Virus record (IMG/VR): IMGVR_UViG_3300027708_000029
Location: 1-64,000 of that record
DNA from: a virus
Taxonomy: Duplodnaviria; Caudoviricetes
DNA: 64,000 nucleotides
Strand: one strand, 5' to 3'
Made by a program: the position numbers and the translations under genes. The notes under the pieces are model-generated. The model saw only the letters and a list, made by a program, of their open reading frames with translations. It searched no databases and was not told the origin of the DNA. Shown here in pieces: positions 60,617-64,000 of the stretch; the first letter of the stretch is position 1; each line of letters begins with the position of its first letter.

Positions 60617-63600
60617 GATTTACATTTAGTTAAAGTGCCATCTTCGGTAATTGTTCCTATAACTCTGGAGAATATATCATAACAAGACCCTGATATAAAA
60701 ACAGCATCACCGCTTACTAAATTATAGTTTTGTCCAGAAATAAATGTGGCATTTCCAATAACTGTACCCTCATTTTTACTATACTTAAATGTAGTATTAT
60801 GATTTATAGCCATTCCTTTATTAGTAGAATAATTTATAAATAGACTATCAGAATTAGTATTAATGACACCTTTGTACGAATTCTCAGAATGATCAAAAAG
60901 ACCACCACCATTTTCAATTGAGCCATTATTTGTGCTATAATAAAAAATGTAATCTCCAAAAATATATCCATGATCACTTTGAAGAATATGATCATTGCTC
61001 CAAATATATGTATTTTTTCCAACTCTTTGTATAATAGGATTAGGATTAATTGGATATGGTGGAACGTATTCTATTCTTTCTATAGTATCAGAATTATCAT
61101 TAGTAGAACTCAAAAAAAGAGTTTTACCTGTAATAAAATGAGAATTTTTTGAGTTAGAAAATATTGATACTCCATTGATTGTGCCTTTATTTGTTGAATT
61201 AATAAAAACAATAGAACAAATATTATCTTGTATAAATCCAGAAACATATGGTTGCCCATAAAAATAAAGTATTGTTGGATCTATATTATTTTTAATATCA
61301 TCATTTCTACCATTAATAATATTTCCATAATTAATTGAATTATTACCAAAAGAACAAAGTCCATTTAATGTTGCTAAATAAGCATTAGTAGATTTATTAA
61401 AAAAAGATAAACCATCTATATTTCCAAAATTTATACTATCATTGAAACTGCCACCATTTGCAAGATATCCACCATAATTTGTGCTTTGATTAAAAAATCC
61501 AGTATTAGAAATAACACTATTTTTAATAATTATTCTATTTTGTGCTATAATTTCATCAATATCAATACCAGAAGAATTAGCACGGCGATGAAAATAAGAG
61601 TTTGATATATTGAAAGCATTACCACCAAATAAAGCACCATCTGTAAAAGGTGCTCCATTAGCAAAAATAGAACTTACATATTCAGATTTATTAAAACTTG
61701 CGGTGCCAACAACATTTGATCCGAAACATAAACAATTTTCCATGGTAAGATTACCACCTATATCACCATAATTATCTGAATTAGTAAAAATAGCATCTCT
61801 AGTTATATCTCCAAAATTAACAGAACCACTAAAATTACCACTACTATTAATATTGTTAAAGTTTTTGGAATTATTAAATATTGCAAATGTTGATAATGCA
61901 CCAAAATTTTTTGAATTATTGATGAAATTCAAAGTTCCACTAGTATCTAAAATATTACCAGAATTAATTGATCTATCAAATGATCCTAAATTAATAGTTC
62001 CATAATTAATAGAGTTTTTAAAATTTACTATATGTTCAATATTTCCATAATTTGAACAAACTGTTCCTGTTCCAGTAACACCACTAAAAATGGCAGTAAT
62101 ATGACTACTAGGAAAAACTGGATATATAGAAATATTTCCATAATTAATTCCAGTAGTTTCAAATATTACTTGTTTATATCCAAAAATATTTCCTCTATTT
62201 AGAGTATTGTCTTGAAATTTTATAGATGGGCTTTTATTAAATAAAGTTAAAAAATATTCATTAGTTATATTACCAGTATAATAAATAAAAGTATTTGATT
62301 GTACGTCATAGGAACTATCTATTGTTAATATTCCACTTGAAGTAAATACAAACTTTTCATGTTCTATTGGAGTCCAAGTAAGTCTTCCATTATTTATTCC
62401 TGAATTTTTAAAATTTATAACAACATTTTCTAAAGAAGCATTATTGATACCACTATCTAATATTTCTATTTGACGATAACCATCTTTAAATATACGATCT
62501 TGTCCAGAAACAAATGGTCTTCTCATGGAGCTATTATTTATAGAAAAATCATGAAAATTTGCTATTTCTAATACTCCCAAATTTTGATTTTTTGATCTAT
62601 GGAAAAAATTTCCAGATTGTACATATCCATAATTTGTAGAATTGTTTAAAAAATATCCACTATTTATTATAGCCATTTTATCATTTAACGTATTATCAAA
62701 AAAAACTGCTCCTTTAGCATAGTTTTTATTAATGGAATAACCAGAAAAGAAAACTGGTTGATTTTTATTTTCTATATATCCATAATTGATAGTATTTTCA
62801 AAAAAGTTAAAATCATTATTTCCAGAAGCATAATTAATAGAGTTTTGTCCAAATTCTGCTAAATTGCCAATCCTAGAACCGCTCATGTTGATAGATTGAT
62901 TACAAAATATCGCATCTTTTTGTATCATAGCTCCAGAAATATTTTGACTATGACCATAAAAAGACCCATATGTAACATTGCTTCCGTTATGAGAAAAACT
63001 TTCAAATCTTCCGCTTCCAACTTGTCCACTATTAGCAGATTGACCATAAAATATAGCCCCAGTAGCATTACCCATATTGATTGAGGTATTGTTAAAGATA
63101 CCTAAAGAAACAATATTTCCACTATTTATTGAATCTTTATTAAATATACCAGTAACTAAACTACCATAATTAACACAACCAGATCCAAAAGATGCTATTC
63201 CAGTTACTACAGATCTATTAGATGAAGCAGAATCAAAGAGAACTGTAGCAGCTGGGGCAATTAATTGATCATAATTAGTGGAACCACTAACAAAAGAAAT
63301 TATTCCGGAGTTTCCAATAGATCCATGATTTTCAGAATTACTTAAGAATAAAAAATTTCCAGAACCATCACCAATTTTGTATTGATTCTTAGAAAAAGTA
63401 AATTTAGAGCCACTGACTAATGGACCATCATTAATAGCATAATCAAACCAAGAATATTTTGTTAATAATCCTTTATTCAAAGTGCCCGAATAGAAAATTG
63501 CTGGTTCTAAAATAATACCTTTGTTGATTGCTCCACTTACAAAAGTAGTAGTCCCAGAAACAACCCCAGCGTTAATTGATCCTGCACCACTAAAAATTAC

Positions 63601-63999
63601 ATCTCCATATATTGTTCCGCTATTAATACATGTTTTTGTTCCAGTTGAAACAAAGAAGATATTTTGACCATATAAGTTACCAACATTGAAAGACTCTTGA
63701 AATAAAAATGATCCAGTTAACGATGCTTTATTAATTGATTGATTTTGAAATATAAATTTACCGTTACCACTTCCTTCGATATAACAATTATCTAATAAAA
63801 AACAACCATCATATTTAATTCTATCTCCTAAACCAGAAACATCCACTAGTGTAGAAAACAGATCACTTTTTGTAGCTCTAAGAGTTGTAAAATATGGAAT
63901 TTGACTATTTAAAGTTACACCACTTAAATTAATGGTATTTGACGTTATATAGGAATTATTAATTGATGAAAATTTACTAGTTAAAATAAAAGAATTTAG
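60613..63999 (-). CDS. Beta-solenoid repeat protein (F-x-x-x-S-x-N-x-G repeats), 5'-partial
   Basis: The frame is open from the GTG at 63846 to the window end; dozens of approximately 14-18-aa repeats. Confidence 0.7.
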   Translation of the reverse strand, partial: LNSFILTSKFSSINNSYITSNTINLSGVTLNSQIPYFTTLRATKSDLFSTLVDVSGLGDRIKYDGCFLLDNCYIEGSGNGKFIFQNQSINKASLTGSFLFQESFNVGNLYGQNIFFVSTGTKTCINSGTIYGDVIFSGAGSINAGVVSGTTTFVSGAINKGIILEPAIFYSGTLNKGLLTKYSWFDYAINDGPLVSGSKFTFSKNQYKIGDGSGNFLFLSNSENHGSIGNSGIISFVSGSTNYDQLIAPAATVLFDSASSNRSVVTGIASFGSGCVNYGSLVTGIFNKDSINSGNIVSLGIFNNTSINMGNATGAIFYGQSANSGQVGSGRFESFSHNGSNVTYGSFYGHSQNISGAMIQKDAIFCNQSINMSGSRIGNLAEFGQNSINYASGNNDFNFFENTINYGYIENKNQPVFFSGYSINKNYAKGAVFFDNTLNDKMAIINSGYFLNNSTNYGYVQSGNFFHRSKNQNLGVLEIANFHDFSINNSSMRRPFVSGQDRIFKDGYRQIEILDSGINNASLENVVINFKNSGINNGRLTWTPIEHEKFVFTSSGILTIDSSYDVQSNTFIYYTGNITNEYFLTLFNKSPSIKFQDNTLNRGNIFGYKQVIFETTGINYGNISIYPVFPSSHITAIFSGVTGTGTVCSNYGNIEHIVNFKNSINYGTINLGSFDRSINSGNILDTSGTLNFINNSKNFGALSTFAIFNNSKNFNNINSSGNFSGSVNFGDITRDAIFTNSDNYGDIGGNLTMENCLCFGSNVVGTASFNKSEYVSSIFANGAPFTDGALFGGNAFNISNSYFHRRANSSGIDIDEIIAQNRIIIKNSVISNTGFFNQSTNYGGYLANGGSFNDSINFGNIDGLSFFNKSTNAYLATLNGLCSFGNNSINYGNIINGRNDDIKNNIDPTILYFYGQPYVSGFIQDNICSIVFINSTNKGTINGVSIFSNSKNSHFITGKTLFLSSTNDNSDTIERIEYVPPYPINPNPIIQRVGKNTYIWSNDHILQSDHGYIFGDYIFYYSTNNGSIENGGGLFDHSENSYKGVINTNSDSLFINYSTNKGMAINHNTTFKYSKNEGTVIGNATFISGQNYNLVSGDAVFISGSCYDIFSRVIGTITEDGTLTKCKS

Positions 64000-64000
64000 T

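Noticed and set aside
1225-63084. Small antisense or nested ORFs in the track (e.g. 8465-8818, 9236-9541, 29647-30000, 34072-34518, 44364-44867)
   Set aside because: They lie within well-supported genes on the opposite strand or another frame and show no recognisable motifs; treated as shadow ORFs.

Overview
AT-rich 64-kb segment of a large tailed dsDNA phage genome (standard code 11; I saw no tRNA, rRNA or CRISPR array). The + strand (<1-29122) carries five very large virion genes and one small gene: a >3,070-aa tape-measure-like polyprotein (5' end outside the window), a tail fibre, two structural proteins, a 2616-aa Cys-rich protein, and a small Cys-cluster protein. The - strand (29103->64000) carries replication, recombination and nucleotide genes (split DnaE with DnaQ between the halves, SSB, Cas4-like nuclease, dNMP kinase, primase, DnaB, RecA-like, PhoH, class II RNR, dCMP deaminase), two glycosyltransferase clusters and a beta-solenoid protein that runs off the window end. 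Main findings: (1) the dnaE N-half has a 10-nt insert beginning with TAG inside the conserved LHVHS|xYSLLDG motif, immediately after a strong RNA hairpin, which suggests programmed ribosomal bypassing or frameshifting; (2) the tape-measure-like protein is built from conserved repeated modules, some almost identical in DNA, that bracket variable cargo domains (SHD1-like, ADP-ribosyltransferase-like, GNAT-like), a candidate shuffled and injected effector polyprotein; (3) a GT90/CAP59-like/UGM glycosylation cluster occurs alongside Ser-Gly-rich virion proteins. All family assignments come from motif recognition by eye, not database searches.
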